NCBI GenBank assembly: GCA_965203295.1
Contig: CBDBCZ010000019.1
Coordinates: 672,001-736,000 of the forward strand
DNA from: Nitrospirales bacterium
Lineage (GTDB): Bacteria > Nitrospirota > Nitrospiria > Nitrospirales > UBA8639
DNA length: 64,000 nt
Direction: 5' to 3'
Shown here: positions 49,992-60,684 of the stretch, one piece after another
Layout of the letters: the number at the start of each line of letters is the position of its first letter
Numbering within the stretch: the first letter of the stretch is position 1
Notes under the pieces: model-generated
The model's database searches: none
Told to the model about the DNA's origin: nothing
What the model saw: only the letters and a program-made list of their open reading frames with translations
Position numbers and translations under genes: made by a program

Positions 49992-51022
49992 TGAACTTGC
50001 TTCGTTTGCGTGGACACTCAGCCTAGTTTTGCCATCTGTTGCTCATAGTCTGTTGGGCTGATATTTCCTAGGTGTTGATGACGTCTCGCCCGATTATAAA
50101 ACACCTCAATATAATCGAATAATTCGGCTCGCGCGACTTCACAGGTTTTGAAGATGTGGCGACGGATTTTCTCCTTCTTCAAGCTCTCGAAGAAGGACTC
50201 GACCGGCGCGTTATCATAACAGTTGCCTCGGCGACTCATGCTGGGGAGCAACGCATGTGTCTGGCAGAATCGAGTCCAGTCATCGCTGCTGAACTGCGAC
50301 CTCTGATCCGAATGGATAATGGATAATGACGTTCTGCTTGGGCTTGCGTCGCCAGACGGCCATCAGTAAGGCATCCAGCACAATTTCTTTGGCCAGGGTG
50401 GCCTTCATCGACCAGCCGATGATCCGGTGTGAGTAGAGATCCATCACTACCGCCAGATAGAGCCACCCTTCGTAGGTCCGAATATAGGTGATGTCGGTCG
50501 CCCACACATGATCCGGCCGGTCGATCGCAAACTGTTGCTCCAAGCGATTCGGGGCAGCCACCGCCGGCTTGGTATAACGCACGCCGGGTGGCTTATACCC
50601 TCGCTGGGCGAGGATCTTATGGCGCCTCATCAGCTTGGCAATCCGGTTCTTGCCCACACATTCCCCCACTTCTCGCAGATCGCAAAGAATGCGGGGGGCA
50701 CCATAGGTGCGGCCATTCGCCTCATGCTCTTCCTGAGCTCGACTGAGTTCCGCCTTCAGCTTCAGGGTCTCGCGCCGCACCTCTTTGAGTTCGGCTTCAT
50801 ACCGATCGGTGGTGTTGGGGGCATACACCTTGACCCACTTGTACAGACTTTGCACCGAAATCCCCAAGCGTTTCGCGACATCGCCCACGGCGTACCCCCG
50901 CTCGATGACCTGCTTGACCGCTTCTTCTTTGAACTCGTCTGCAAATTTCCCTTTGGTCATACCGGGTCCTCCTCTGCTTTAATTTTAAGCTTAGGAGTGT
51001 CCACCGATTCAGAGCAAGTCCA
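49992..51022 (-). mobile_element. IS3-family element, defective
   Basis: IRs TGAACTTGCTTCGTTTGCGTGGACACTC and TGGACTTGCTCTGAATCGGTGGACACTC. OrfA HTH fused to OrfB, WATDITY, CYDNAPVESFF, YNRARRH. A 7-bp duplication (AATGGAT) near 50311-50324 frameshifts the HSDQ region. Confidence 0.92.
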
Positions 51023-51243
51023 TTTTAGAGTTTCGGGTTTGAGGGAGACTGGCTGAGAAAGTGCTGGATGTTTACTTGAGAAACGGATTCAGTTTATCTT
51101 ACTAAGCCGTTTTTGGAAAATTCAGCATAGTATGTGAATTCTGTATGTTCCCTTCCTCCTAAAAAAAGCTGAGAGAGAATGCTTCATATCCGAGGAAGTG
51201 CCATAGGAAGAGTTGACGTTTCAGTCATTAAACAGGTTCATCA

Positions 51244-51861
51244 ATGGAGGTAGCCTCAGCACATTCTTTCATCGCCTGCCACGAGTGCGATCTACTGCAT
51301 CGCCGACATTTGTTGCGGTACGGTGAAAAGGCCAAGTGCTCGCGCTGCGCGGCAATGCTGTACCAGAAGAAACGGGACAGTGTTCAACGCACAGCGATAC
51401 TCTCGCTGACAGCTCTTATTTTATTCGTCTTGGCTAATGTCTATCCCTTCATGACTTTTAAGCTCCAAGGCCGAGTTCAAGAGAGTCAACTCATCACAGG
51501 AGTGATAGAGCTGTATATTCAGGGTTTTTGGATCCTTTCAGTGTTCGTCTTGGGAGCGAGCATCTTGTTTCCCTTCATAAGAATTGTGGGATTGCTTTAC
51601 GTTCTCTGGCCTTTGAAATCTAATCGCCGACTCTGGAAAGCGGTGCCTCTATTCCGTTTCCTCGAGGCCATGCGCGAATGGGCTATGATGGAAGTGTATA
51701 TGCTTGGGGTGCTTGTGGCCTATACCAAGCTGATCGATATGGCCACCATTGTTTTTGGGGTGGCGCTGTATTCCTTTGTGGCTCTTATCGTGATTGTTGC
51801 CGCGATTGGGGCAACGCTAGACCCTGAGGAGGTCTGGGAGAGGTTGGAAACTGCCCGATGA
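51244..51861 (+). CDS. pqiA: Paraquat-inducible protein A (N-terminal half type)
   Basis: ACHECDLL, CSRC, EWAMMEVYMLG. Confidence 0.9.
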   Translation: MEVASAHSFIACHECDLLHRRHLLRYGEKAKCSRCAAMLYQKKRDSVQRTAILSLTALILFVLANVYPFMTFKLQGRVQESQLITGVIELYIQGFWILSVFVLGASILFPFIRIVGLLYVLWPLKSNRRLWKAVPLFRFLEAMREWAMMEVYMLGVLVAYTKLIDMATIVFGVALYSFVALIVIVAAIGATLDPEEVWERLETAR

Positions 51862-52493
51862 ATAGCTCAGCCATGACCGCTGCCCGTGCCTCTCTCCTGA
51901 GTTGTCATGCTTGCCACCAGTTGAGTCAGGCACGGCGACTGCCTGCAGGAAGTCATGCAGTCTGTTCTCGCTGTGAGGCCCGGCTACACCTTCGAAAGCC
52001 TGATAGCATCTCTCGGACCTGGGCACTTGTTCTGGCCGCATTGATTTTATACATTCCTGCCAACGTCTACCCGGTCATGACGGTCATCTCGTTCGGGAAA
52101 TGGGATCCAGACACGATCATGAGTGGAGTGATGGCTCTGCTTGAACATGGGATGTGGCCGCTGGCATTACTGGTTTTTTTCGCCAGCATCATCGTTCCGC
52201 TCACAAAGCTTTTTGTGTTGGTGTATCTTTTACTGTCCGTGCAATACAAATCGCTTTGGCGGCCGAGAGACCGGACATTTCTATACCGGATCACTGAAGT
52301 CGTCGGGCGTTGCTCCATGATTGACGTTTTCATGATTTCGATTTTGATAGCCTTGGTGAAACTCCAGTCGATCGCGACCATCGAACCGGGCGCTGGGGCT
52401 ACATCGTTTGCCGCTGTCGTGATCATCACCATGATTGCGGCATCGAGCTTCGACCCAAGGCTTATTTGGGATGTGATGGAGGAGAAACGATGA
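51858..52493 (+). CDS. pqiA: Paraquat-inducible protein A (C-terminal half type)
   Basis: CHAC, CSRC, LYIPAN, DTIMSGV, FDPRLIWD. Confidence 0.9.
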   Translation: MNSSAMTAARASLLSCHACHQLSQARRLPAGSHAVCSRCEARLHLRKPDSISRTWALVLAALILYIPANVYPVMTVISFGKWDPDTIMSGVMALLEHGMWPLALLVFFASIIVPLTKLFVLVYLLLSVQYKSLWRPRDRTFLYRITEVVGRCSMIDVFMISILIALVKLQSIATIEPGAGATSFAAVVIITMIAASSFDPRLIWDVMEEKR

Positions 52494-54161
52494 GTGACGA
52501 GCACTCCGACCAAGCTGACATTGATGAGCTACCTGAAGCCGAGGTAGAAACACGCCATGGGATCTCGATCGTATGGCTTATTCCACTGATTGCCGCACTC
52601 GTCGGTGCTTGGCTTGCCTATAAGACGTTTACCGAAACGGGGCCTACCATTACGATCAGCTTCGATGATGGTGCAGGCCTCGAGGCTGGAAAGACCAAGA
52701 TCAAATTCAAGTCTGTGGAGGTCGGAGTGGTCGAGACTGTCGATCTCGGTGAAGATCTCGGTAATGTCATCGTCACAGCCAAGATGGGGAAGGGTGCGGA
52801 CCCTCACATGACGGAAAATACAAAGTTTTTGGTGGTCCGTCCACGATTAAGGCTCGGTGAGGTCTCGGGGCTCGATACGTTGGTGTCAGGTGCCTATCAT
52901 CGAGGTAGATCCTAAACCCGGTCCTCTCACAAAGACCTTTAAGGGCCTTGAGGAGCCACCGGGTGTGACGTCTCGTGATGTAGGCAGTCAATTCGCCTTG
53001 CGGGCGCAGACGCTCGGTTCGCTGACTTCCCAAGCTCCCGTTTACTTCCGCGATATCGCAGTGGGTGAGGTCTTAGGCCATAAGCTCGCCGATGATGACC
53101 AGGGCGGCGTCATCATCGACATTTTTATTCATGCCCCTCACCACCTCCGTATACGGGATACGAGCCGCTTCTGGAAAGCGAGCGGAATTGAAATCTCAGC
53201 TGACTCGGACGGTTTTGACTTTAGGATGGAATCGATCACGTCGTTGATCGCAGGAGGTATAGCCTTTGATACGCCGGTGACCGCTGGAGGAGCAAAAGCT
53301 CCTAGCAAGGCGGGTACGGTCTTTAAGCTGTTCGAGCGTTTCAGAGACATTGGGGAGTCAAAGTACGTCAGAAAAGTCCCCTATTTATTGTACTTTGACG
53401 GTTCGGTTCGAGGTTTAAGTATTGGAGCTCCTGTAGAGTTCATGGGCATCAAAGTTGGTTCTGTGACCGATATTGCGGTTGACATTAACCCAAAGACCCT
53501 GGATATTAAAATTCCAGTGGTCATCGAGATGGAACCGGAACGGATCGCAAGCACCAAAGTTATCGAATCGCGCGAGAAGTATTCAGGCCTTAAAACATTG
53601 GTGAAGCGTGGACTCCGAGCGCAGTTACAGACCGGGAGCTTGCTGACCGGGAAGCTATTTGTCCAACTCGAATTTTATCCGGATTTTCCTCCGGTGAAGC
53701 TCAAGATGACAGGAAAATATCCGGAAATTCCGACCTTCCCATCCACGATGGACCAGTTTCGGAGGACTGTTACTGATGTGCTAGCAGAGATTAACAGGCT
53801 TCCGCTTGACAAGATTGCCAATGAAGTGCTGGAAACGGTAGAGGGGACGAATCGCTTGATCAATTCTCCCGAAATACTCGAATCTGTCCGCAACTTAAAC
53901 AAGACGCTAGATGACTTTCAGAAACTCACGGGTGATGTTGATGAGAAGGTGATCTCTCTTACAGCCAGTACGGAGAAAACTTTGGTAGCGGCTCGGGCTG
54001 CCCTCAAAGTGGCTGATCCTAACTCTCCAGCTGTTGTGAATCTTAGTAATGCCCTTAAAGAACTGTCGGCTGCCGCGCGCTCCATTCGTGCGTTGGCTGA
54101 CTATCTAGAGCGGCACCCTGAGGCATTGGTCCACGGAAAGGGTGCACCAGGAGGTCAGTAA
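52490..54161 (+). pseudogene. pqiB: PqiB MCE-domain protein, frameshifted
   Basis: IVWLIPL, GLEAGKT, GLDTLVSGAY then +1 (TAT C ATC) near 52898; continues IEVDP...GLRAQLQTGSLLTG...YLERHPEAL. Confidence 0.88.
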
Positions 54162-54163
54162 TC

Positions 54164-54816
54164 ATGAGGCAATGGTTTTTCCGGTTTATTTTGATGGGTT
54201 ATGTCAGTGTTTTGTTTTTGGGAGCGTGGGGTTGCGCAACCACGCAGCCTCCTCAGTTTTACCTCCTGAGTTCTCTCCCTGCTTCAGAATCCCCATCATC
54301 ACCCGACCATCCTGAAGTTGCCCTCTTTATTTCTGAGTTGAGCCCTTATATTGGGGTTGGCCCAATTGACTTACCACCCTATCTGGACCGACCACAGATC
54401 GTCACACACGCGAGTGCCAATGCACTTGGCCTCTCGGAATTTGACAAATGGGCAGAGCCTTTAGATGGCAATGTCTTACGGGTCTTAGCTGAAAATCTTT
54501 CTATTTTGCTCTCGACTGATCGGATGGTACTGTTTCCCTGGTCGGGATCGATTCCGGTTGATTACCAAATAGAAGCAAACATTATTCGATTCGATTCCCA
54601 TCCGAATGGAGATCCGAACTCGCGGTTCGATGGCAAGTTGTAGGTAAAAATGGCCAAGATGTCTTGATTATGAAGATGTCTACGTTCCACACTCCCGCGG
54701 ACGCGAAGGATTACGAATCTGTTGTTTCGGCTCATAGTCAGAATTTAGGGGATTGGAGCCGTACGATTGGCGAAACCATCAAGACACTTCAGGAAAAACC
54801 TCGCTTGCCTGATTAA
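54164..54816 (+). pseudogene. pqiC: PqiC lipoprotein, frameshifted
   Basis: WGC lipobox, LPPYLDRPQIV, WAEPL. Frameshift near 54614; the other frame continues ELAVRWQV...SAHSQNL to TAA 54814-54816. Confidence 0.82.
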
Positions 54817-54859
54817 GATCACATGTTGCTTTGTTAGCTTATCACCTTTACCTTCCCTT

Positions 54860-55680
54860 CTCCTGAATCTGACGAAACGGTTCTCACTCAGACCTTGGAT
54901 GCCTTTGAACGTGGATTAAAGGAAAATGTCTCAGAAATCTTTCCTTCCATGATGTACGCGTATGCAGCCATTCGGTGTGGGATTCCATTTGCTAATGGTG
55001 CCCCCAATCTGATGGCAGATATACCTGCTCTAGTGGAACTTGCCCGCAAGATGTGTGTGCTCATTGCCGACAAAGACTTTAAAACCTGACAGACGATGAT
55101 GAAGACCATCATGGCTCCTGGCCTGAAAGCTCGGATGCTTGGTCTTCAAGGATGGTTTTCCACCAACATTCTTGGGAACAGAGATGGGGAAGGCCTTGAT
55201 GACCAAGGATCTTTTCGTAATAAGGAGGTTAGCGAGGGAGGTGTTCTTGATGCTATTTTACAAGCAGACCTTTATCCTGATCTCTCAGTCAGTATTACCA
55301 CAAAATTCGCATTGAGTATTATCCCCCGCGAGGTGATGCGAAAGAAGGGTTGGATAACATAGACATCGTGGGTTGGTTAGGTCAGCCCATGCAAATCAAA
55401 GTGAATTTCCTTTGCCGCGATTCCATACCTCGCTGCCCCTATTCTTCGTGATCTGGTCCTCTTTTAGATCTTGCTCAATGCGCCCACCTAAATCAGGGAT
55501 TCAAGAATGGTTATCCTTTTATTTTAAGTCCCCTATGGCTCGCGCAGATCTCAAGCCTGAACATGATTTATTCATTCAGCACTTGAAACTTACTAATAAC
55601 TCAGAATTCTCGTGAACGAGGAAGTTTTTGATCACTCCGGTCTCTATTACTACGAAGAGGAGCTCACTCTCAACCTCAGG
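54860..55680 (+). pseudogene. ino1: myo-Inositol-1-phosphate synthase remnant (C-terminal part)
   Basis: YAYAA..GIPFANGAPN, KDFKT*QT, GWFSTNILGNRDG, YYPPRGDAKEGWDNID, CRDS, QEWLSFYFKSP across frames; N-terminus absent. Ends approximate. Confidence 0.88.
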
Positions 55681-56102
55681 CTCCACCAGACGATCCAACG
55701 TGCTGATTTTTCCACCTTGTTTCGGGAAATGCTGGAAGTGATTTTTGGGGTAACATAACTTAGCTAAATAACTTCAGTTTTATGCATTGGAAGAGAGGGA
55801 GTGTGCTCCAACCTAGGTGTTGGTTTTTGGCAAGATGTGCTATTTCCGCAACGGTGTATGTGTGATACGGAAAGCATTATCCTGGTATTTTCGAACATTA
55901 TTCCTAGTTTTCATCGGGATAGACGGTCCTATGTTCTGGCACTTTTTTTGCTTATTTTATATAGTTTGGTTTTCTTAACACAAGAAGACTAACAAGGGTT
56001 TGAGAAATCTACTGTCAGAATATCAAGAGATTTTATCTTTCTACAGTTAGCTGGAATTTTTACTTTGATCATGATGGCCTTCCTGTTATCTAACGAAAAG
56101 GA

Positions 56103-56708
56103 ATGAACCCGGTCTGGCGGATCACCGGGGCTGTAATTTTTTGTGTATTGGTGTTGATGGCGCCTGTCTTTGGTGCCCAACCTTCGCAGGTTGTCATCCA
56201 ATTACAAAGCTCCATCATTTCTATCATGAAGGATGCCCATAGCCTGGATTATGAAAGTCGGTACCGACTCTTTGAACCGCTGGTCAAAAAAAGTCATGAT
56301 CTCCCTTTTGTTGCCAGAGTGACTGCTGGGAGACATTGGAAAAGCTTCAATAAAGACCAAAAAGCCACGTTTGTGAGATCGTTTGCTAAATTAAGCATTT
56401 CCACCTATGCGCACCGATTTGACGGTTATAACGGCGAAACTTTTTCGTTCGTTTCGGAGAAACCTCTTCCCCGTGGGAAAATATTGGTCGAGACCATTTT
56501 TGCGAAGTCTGATGGCGACACCTTGCAGTTTAACTATCTTCTTCGCCCGGTGAAGGACGAATGGCGAATCATTAATGTTATCGTCGATGGTATCAGTGAT
56601 TTAGCACTCAAACGTGCGGAGTACACAAGCGTCATAGAAAAAGGTGGGTTTTCTGTTTTGATTGATAAACTGGAAGACCAAGCTAAACGATATGCCAATT
56701 CCCACTAA
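56103..56708 (+). CDS. MlaC/Ttg2D-family periplasmic protein (HpnM-like)
   Basis: GRHWK, TYAHRFDGYNGE, WRIINVIVDGISDLALKRAEY; near an HpnN-like gene. Confidence 0.82.
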   Translation: MNPVWRITGAVIFCVLVLMAPVFGAQPSQVVIQLQSSIISIMKDAHSLDYESRYRLFEPLVKKSHDLPFVARVTAGRHWKSFNKDQKATFVRSFAKLSISTYAHRFDGYNGETFSFVSEKPLPRGKILVETIFAKSDGDTLQFNYLLRPVKDEWRIINVIVDGISDLALKRAEYTSVIEKGGFSVLIDKLEDQAKRYANSH

Positions 56709-56751
56709 CTCCATGAATTGTATTGGTAAGCGAGGGCAAGACGGGTAGGCG

Positions 56752-57612
56752 ATGATCAAGAATCTGCTGAGAACCAACTTCCTACTGGTACCCCTCTTTC
56801 TTTTTGGGATACTGCTATTGATGAGTGGATGTGCGACTACCCAACCAACAGACCAGACGCATGATCCCTTTGAGGGTTTCAATCGGTCCAGTCATCAGTT
56901 CAATGCAATGCTCGACAAGTACCTGTTAAAGCCCGTTTCCGATACCTATGTGGCTGGGACCCATCCCAATCTCCGTCTGACCGTTTCCAACTTCTACGAT
57001 AACCTCAACTACCTGAATGTCATTTCTAACGACTTTTTGCAAGGTAAATTCAAGCAAGGCGCTTTAGATACAGGTCGCTTTATAGTGAATACGACGATTG
57101 GGGTGGCTGGGTTTTTCGATGCGGCTACCGCGTTTGGATTTGAAAGACACCATGAAGATTTTGGCCAAACGTTAGCAGTCTGGGGAGTTGGACAAGGTCC
57201 ATATATTGAGGCACCTCTTCTCGGGCCGACCACCGGCCGAGATGTTTTCAGCCAGGGTTCCAATACCTTAACCAATCCAATTACCTATATAAGCCTGCCT
57301 GTCATTATTGCGGGAGTCACAGTTGTAGCACCCATTTTGATACTTGGAGTCATCGACGCGAGATCACGAGTGGATGCTGCCATTCAAGCTCGGGATGAGA
57401 TTGCTTTGGACACGTATGTTTTTACCCGCGAAGCCTATCTTCAAGAACGGAAATTTAAGATTCATGATGGAAACCCGCCAGACGAAGATCTCTACGATGA
57501 AAACTTCTTCGATGGAATTGAAGAATCTAAGGAATCGGTTGATGTCATGCTGATAGATAAAGAATCTGTGGAGGAAACAGAGTCTTCTGAAGATCCAGAT
57601 GCTGAAGATTAA
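56752..57612 (+). CDS. mlaA: VacJ/MlaA lipoprotein
   Basis: MSGC lipobox, DPFEGFNR, RFIVNTTIG, EDFGQTL, GPTTGRD. Confidence 0.92.
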   Translation: MIKNLLRTNFLLVPLFLFGILLLMSGCATTQPTDQTHDPFEGFNRSSHQFNAMLDKYLLKPVSDTYVAGTHPNLRLTVSNFYDNLNYLNVISNDFLQGKFKQGALDTGRFIVNTTIGVAGFFDAATAFGFERHHEDFGQTLAVWGVGQGPYIEAPLLGPTTGRDVFSQGSNTLTNPITYISLPVIIAGVTVVAPILILGVIDARSRVDAAIQARDEIALDTYVFTREAYLQERKFKIHDGNPPDEDLYDENFFDGIEESKESVDVMLIDKESVEETESSEDPDAED

Positions 57613-57902
57613 AGTCTGCTGAATGAAACCCCGAGAATTTCTTTAAGCGTCGATTTACAACCCTCCGTCATCTCTTTCTTCATTCAAACTGAAAATCCCC
57701 TATACCTCTTTCTCCATAGGGTAAAGAACCACTTCATTTTCCAGGAGAGGGTTGCCACCCTCTGAAGTTAGATGCCGCACGGACTTTTTCTATTTGCTAC
57801 GCGGTTAGAAATTCGCATTCTCACTGTGAAGCTAAGCGTGAAATCGGAAAGAGAAGAAGAAAATAGATGTGATTCTGATTTATCTTCAAAGATCAGGAGA
57901 AA

Positions 57903-60548
57903 TTATGAAAGGGTTCGTCTTTTTCGGAGTTCCAATTCTGCAAGAATCGATGGAAGAACCACCAGTGTACATAAGAGTGCGAAGAACAAAGAGAGTGTTA
58001 GGATAATTCCGATTGAGGATATTCCGATATGATTGGAGAATCCCAAAGTCCCGAATGAGCCAATGGTCGTCAAGGCACTAAACAGGACAGCACGAGGGGT
58101 ACTGCTTTCAAAAAGGGTCTTGGTATCGACACCACTGCGATGTCGGAGAATCAAATATATTCCAAATGCCATTCCAAGACCCAACAACAGGGGTAGAGCA
58201 ATGATGTTAGCAAGGTTTAGTGGAACGGAGAGAAGCACAGAACTCGCGATCGTAAGGGCCACGGCTGACAACAAGGGGATTAATACGAGTATGGTGTCCC
58301 GCAAATTAGAAAGAACCATTAACAGCAATACCAGTGAGGCAATGAGCGTAATCGCTGTGGCTTGAAGACAGGCTCTCACGACGGTATCTCCTCCCTCGAG
58401 AATCGAGACTGGTGTATCTGTTGCATTCGGCTCGATGGTCTGAACCGACCTGACAAACTTACGCAACATCTCGTTGTCGGTAAGGTCATCAGCTGGGAAT
58501 ACTTGAACGCGTGTGCGACCATCAGAAGCAAGGTATCGTTCTCGCAAATCCTGAGGGAGATCACCAATGGTGACTTCGGATGCGGTTAACAGATTTTGTA
58601 GCTTGTCGAGGTTCTTTGAAAAATCGCCCAACATCCTTTTCTCATATTCTTTAAGGAATTGATCCGGCCAGCCAGGAGCCTCCTGCATTTCCTCAAGAAG
58701 TCCAGCCAGCTGCTTAAGGCTTGCGGTAAATGTAGCAGACCTTTCTTTCTCATCCCATTGCTTCAGCTTCTCTGAAAACACGTTGATGGCGTGAACCTGT
58801 TCTTCAGTCTCAGGTGGAGGCAGGTAACTGACGGGTATTGCCACCGGTTGAAGGACGAGATTCATGTCTTCGATGATCGCTAATTTTTCATCTTGGTTTT
58901 TGGGGACAAAACTTGCAAGTGTAATGGTCTTATCGACTTCGTCTAATTTCTCAAGCTCGGAAGCTATGGCCTGAGCTGAAACCAAGTCATCTGCAAGAAC
59001 CGAAATGGTGTATGGTGTGCTCTTTGGATCTCGAAGCAAATCCTGAAAGGTTGCCACACTTTCTGTCGTCGGATCCTTAAGGTTCACAGGATTAAAATCG
59101 AACTGCGCTTTTGGGAGAATGGTCAATGCCCCTCCAATCACGAGTGCGGTTAACGCTAATATCTGGCGCCGGTGGGCAACGGCAATGACATTCACTCCAA
59201 AAAACAGTCCAACTCTGGAGGTCCGTCTATTTGCACGATGAATTGGAATCAAGCTGAGTAAGGCAGGCAAAAGAGAGATATTCACAAAAAGGGCAATAAC
59301 CATTCCTCCGCCGGCAATCAGCCCGAGTTCTCGAAATCCTTGATAACTGGTAGGAAGAAACGAGAAAAAACTAATAGCCGCCGCCGCTGCTGCCAGTGTC
59401 AAGGCTCCACCCACTCCGCCTGCGGCTCGTGACAACGCCACAGCATGAACGCTGCCACGATCAATCTCTTCTCTGTAGCGCATGCCAAACTGGATACCGA
59501 AATCGACCCCAAGGCCAATAAAGAGCACGGGAAAGGTGACCGAAAGGAGGTTCAGGTGCCCAACGGTTAAAGTCGCAAAAGCAGTGGTCCATATGAGGCC
59601 TATAAAAAGAGTGATCAAGATCGAATTAATCAGTCGAGCTGATCGAAAACCTAAATAGAGCAATATCCACAACAGGACAAAAGATAACAAGGTCGCAAGA
59701 CCAGCACCGCTCGAGACGCTTTCAAGCTCCTCGTCAGCCATGACGACGGCTCCTGTTAAACGAATACGGATCCCTCCTTGCTCTTCCCTTTCTACCTTTC
59801 GAGCAAGATGACGGATTCTCTCGATAGCATCTCCACCGGATTGCAAGCTCTGAAAATCCTGGTGAGGTTGGATGAGGATGAAACTTCGATGTTCGTTTCC
59901 TAGCGTCTGCTCGACTTCAAGAAAGTCATCATGCCAGACATTATGGCTAGGGTGTCCGGAAAATTGCGCGATAATCGTCTCGCTGATTCCATTAAAAATC
60001 TTGGTCAGGAGGGTTTGATGGTGGGAGCTGATGTCCTGGTCGAAGGCTTTGCCTAACCCTGAAAAGAGGCCACGAAGGCTGGGATCACGAGACACTGTCC
60101 CTAGAAATGGCTCCGCTTCAGTGAGTCGTTTGTCCACGTCCCAAAGTTCCTCGGTGTCCAAGTAGAGTAACCCGTACCGAGAAAAAAAAGGGCCATGACC
60201 TGGTCGATAGAGCGAACGGAACAAGGTTGGCTCCTGTCGAAGTGTTTCGCTAAATGCATCTGCTACTTCCCGAGCACGACCCCCTGTCTTGGCATCGATG
60301 ACAATCACGAGAACGTCATCCAATTGTGGAAAGGCCCCCTCAAAATCCAACTTGACCTGTCGGAAGGTAAGATCCTTATCGAGCATGTTCATCGTATTGG
60401 TATCGAGCACAAGATGAGTCGCCGTGTAATAAATAAGCACCGCAGTCAAGAGGCTGGCGCCCCCCACGACCCAAGCAGCATAGTACCGACAATGATCAAC
60501 AAGTCGCACAAGGAAGCGACGATAGATATGTTCAGATTCAGCGAGCAA
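57903..60548 (-). CDS. hpnN: MMPL/RND transporter, hopanoid transporter HpnN-like
   Basis: GLLYL, LFIGLGVDFGIQF..RYREE, DFNPVNL.DP..ESVAT, NLANIIALPLLLG, STPRAV.FSALTT. Confidence 0.85.
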   Translation of the reverse strand: MLAESEHIYRRFLVRLVDHCRYYAAWVVGGASLLTAVLIYYTATHLVLDTNTMNMLDKDLTFRQVKLDFEGAFPQLDDVLVIVIDAKTGGRAREVADAFSETLRQEPTLFRSLYRPGHGPFFSRYGLLYLDTEELWDVDKRLTEAEPFLGTVSRDPSLRGLFSGLGKAFDQDISSHHQTLLTKIFNGISETIIAQFSGHPSHNVWHDDFLEVEQTLGNEHRSFILIQPHQDFQSLQSGGDAIERIRHLARKVEREEQGGIRIRLTGAVVMADEELESVSSGAGLATLLSFVLLWILLYLGFRSARLINSILITLFIGLIWTTAFATLTVGHLNLLSVTFPVLFIGLGVDFGIQFGMRYREEIDRGSVHAVALSRAAGGVGGALTLAAAAAAISFFSFLPTSYQGFRELGLIAGGGMVIALFVNISLLPALLSLIPIHRANRRTSRVGLFFGVNVIAVAHRRQILALTALVIGGALTILPKAQFDFNPVNLKDPTTESVATFQDLLRDPKSTPYTISVLADDLVSAQAIASELEKLDEVDKTITLASFVPKNQDEKLAIIEDMNLVLQPVAIPVSYLPPPETEEQVHAINVFSEKLKQWDEKERSATFTASLKQLAGLLEEMQEAPGWPDQFLKEYEKRMLGDFSKNLDKLQNLLTASEVTIGDLPQDLRERYLASDGRTRVQVFPADDLTDNEMLRKFVRSVQTIEPNATDTPVSILEGGDTVVRACLQATAITLIASLVLLLMVLSNLRDTILVLIPLLSAVALTIASSVLLSVPLNLANIIALPLLLGLGMAFGIYLILRHRSGVDTKTLFESSTPRAVLFSALTTIGSFGTLGFSNHIGISSIGIILTLSLFFALLCTLVVLPSILAELELRKRRTLS

Positions 60549-60684
60549 GGGAGACCCTTTCCTTTATGTGTCGTGACCCTTCAGTTTTCTGGGTAGACCA
60601 AGCACGGTCAGATTGGATCAGAAGATTTTTCAGAGGGAAGAAAGATGGGGTAACCTCAACGGATAGGAGGATCGGAATGACAGT

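Noticed and set aside
52890..52905. Programmed frameshift in pqiB
   Set aside because: No slippery run at the site, and pqiC is also broken.
55087..55089. TGA at a conserved Gly position of ino1 as evidence of recoding (TGA=Gly or selenocysteine)
   Set aside because: Many intact genes here end in TGA (fmt, ftsK, lolA), and ino1 also has frameshifts and lacks its N-terminus.
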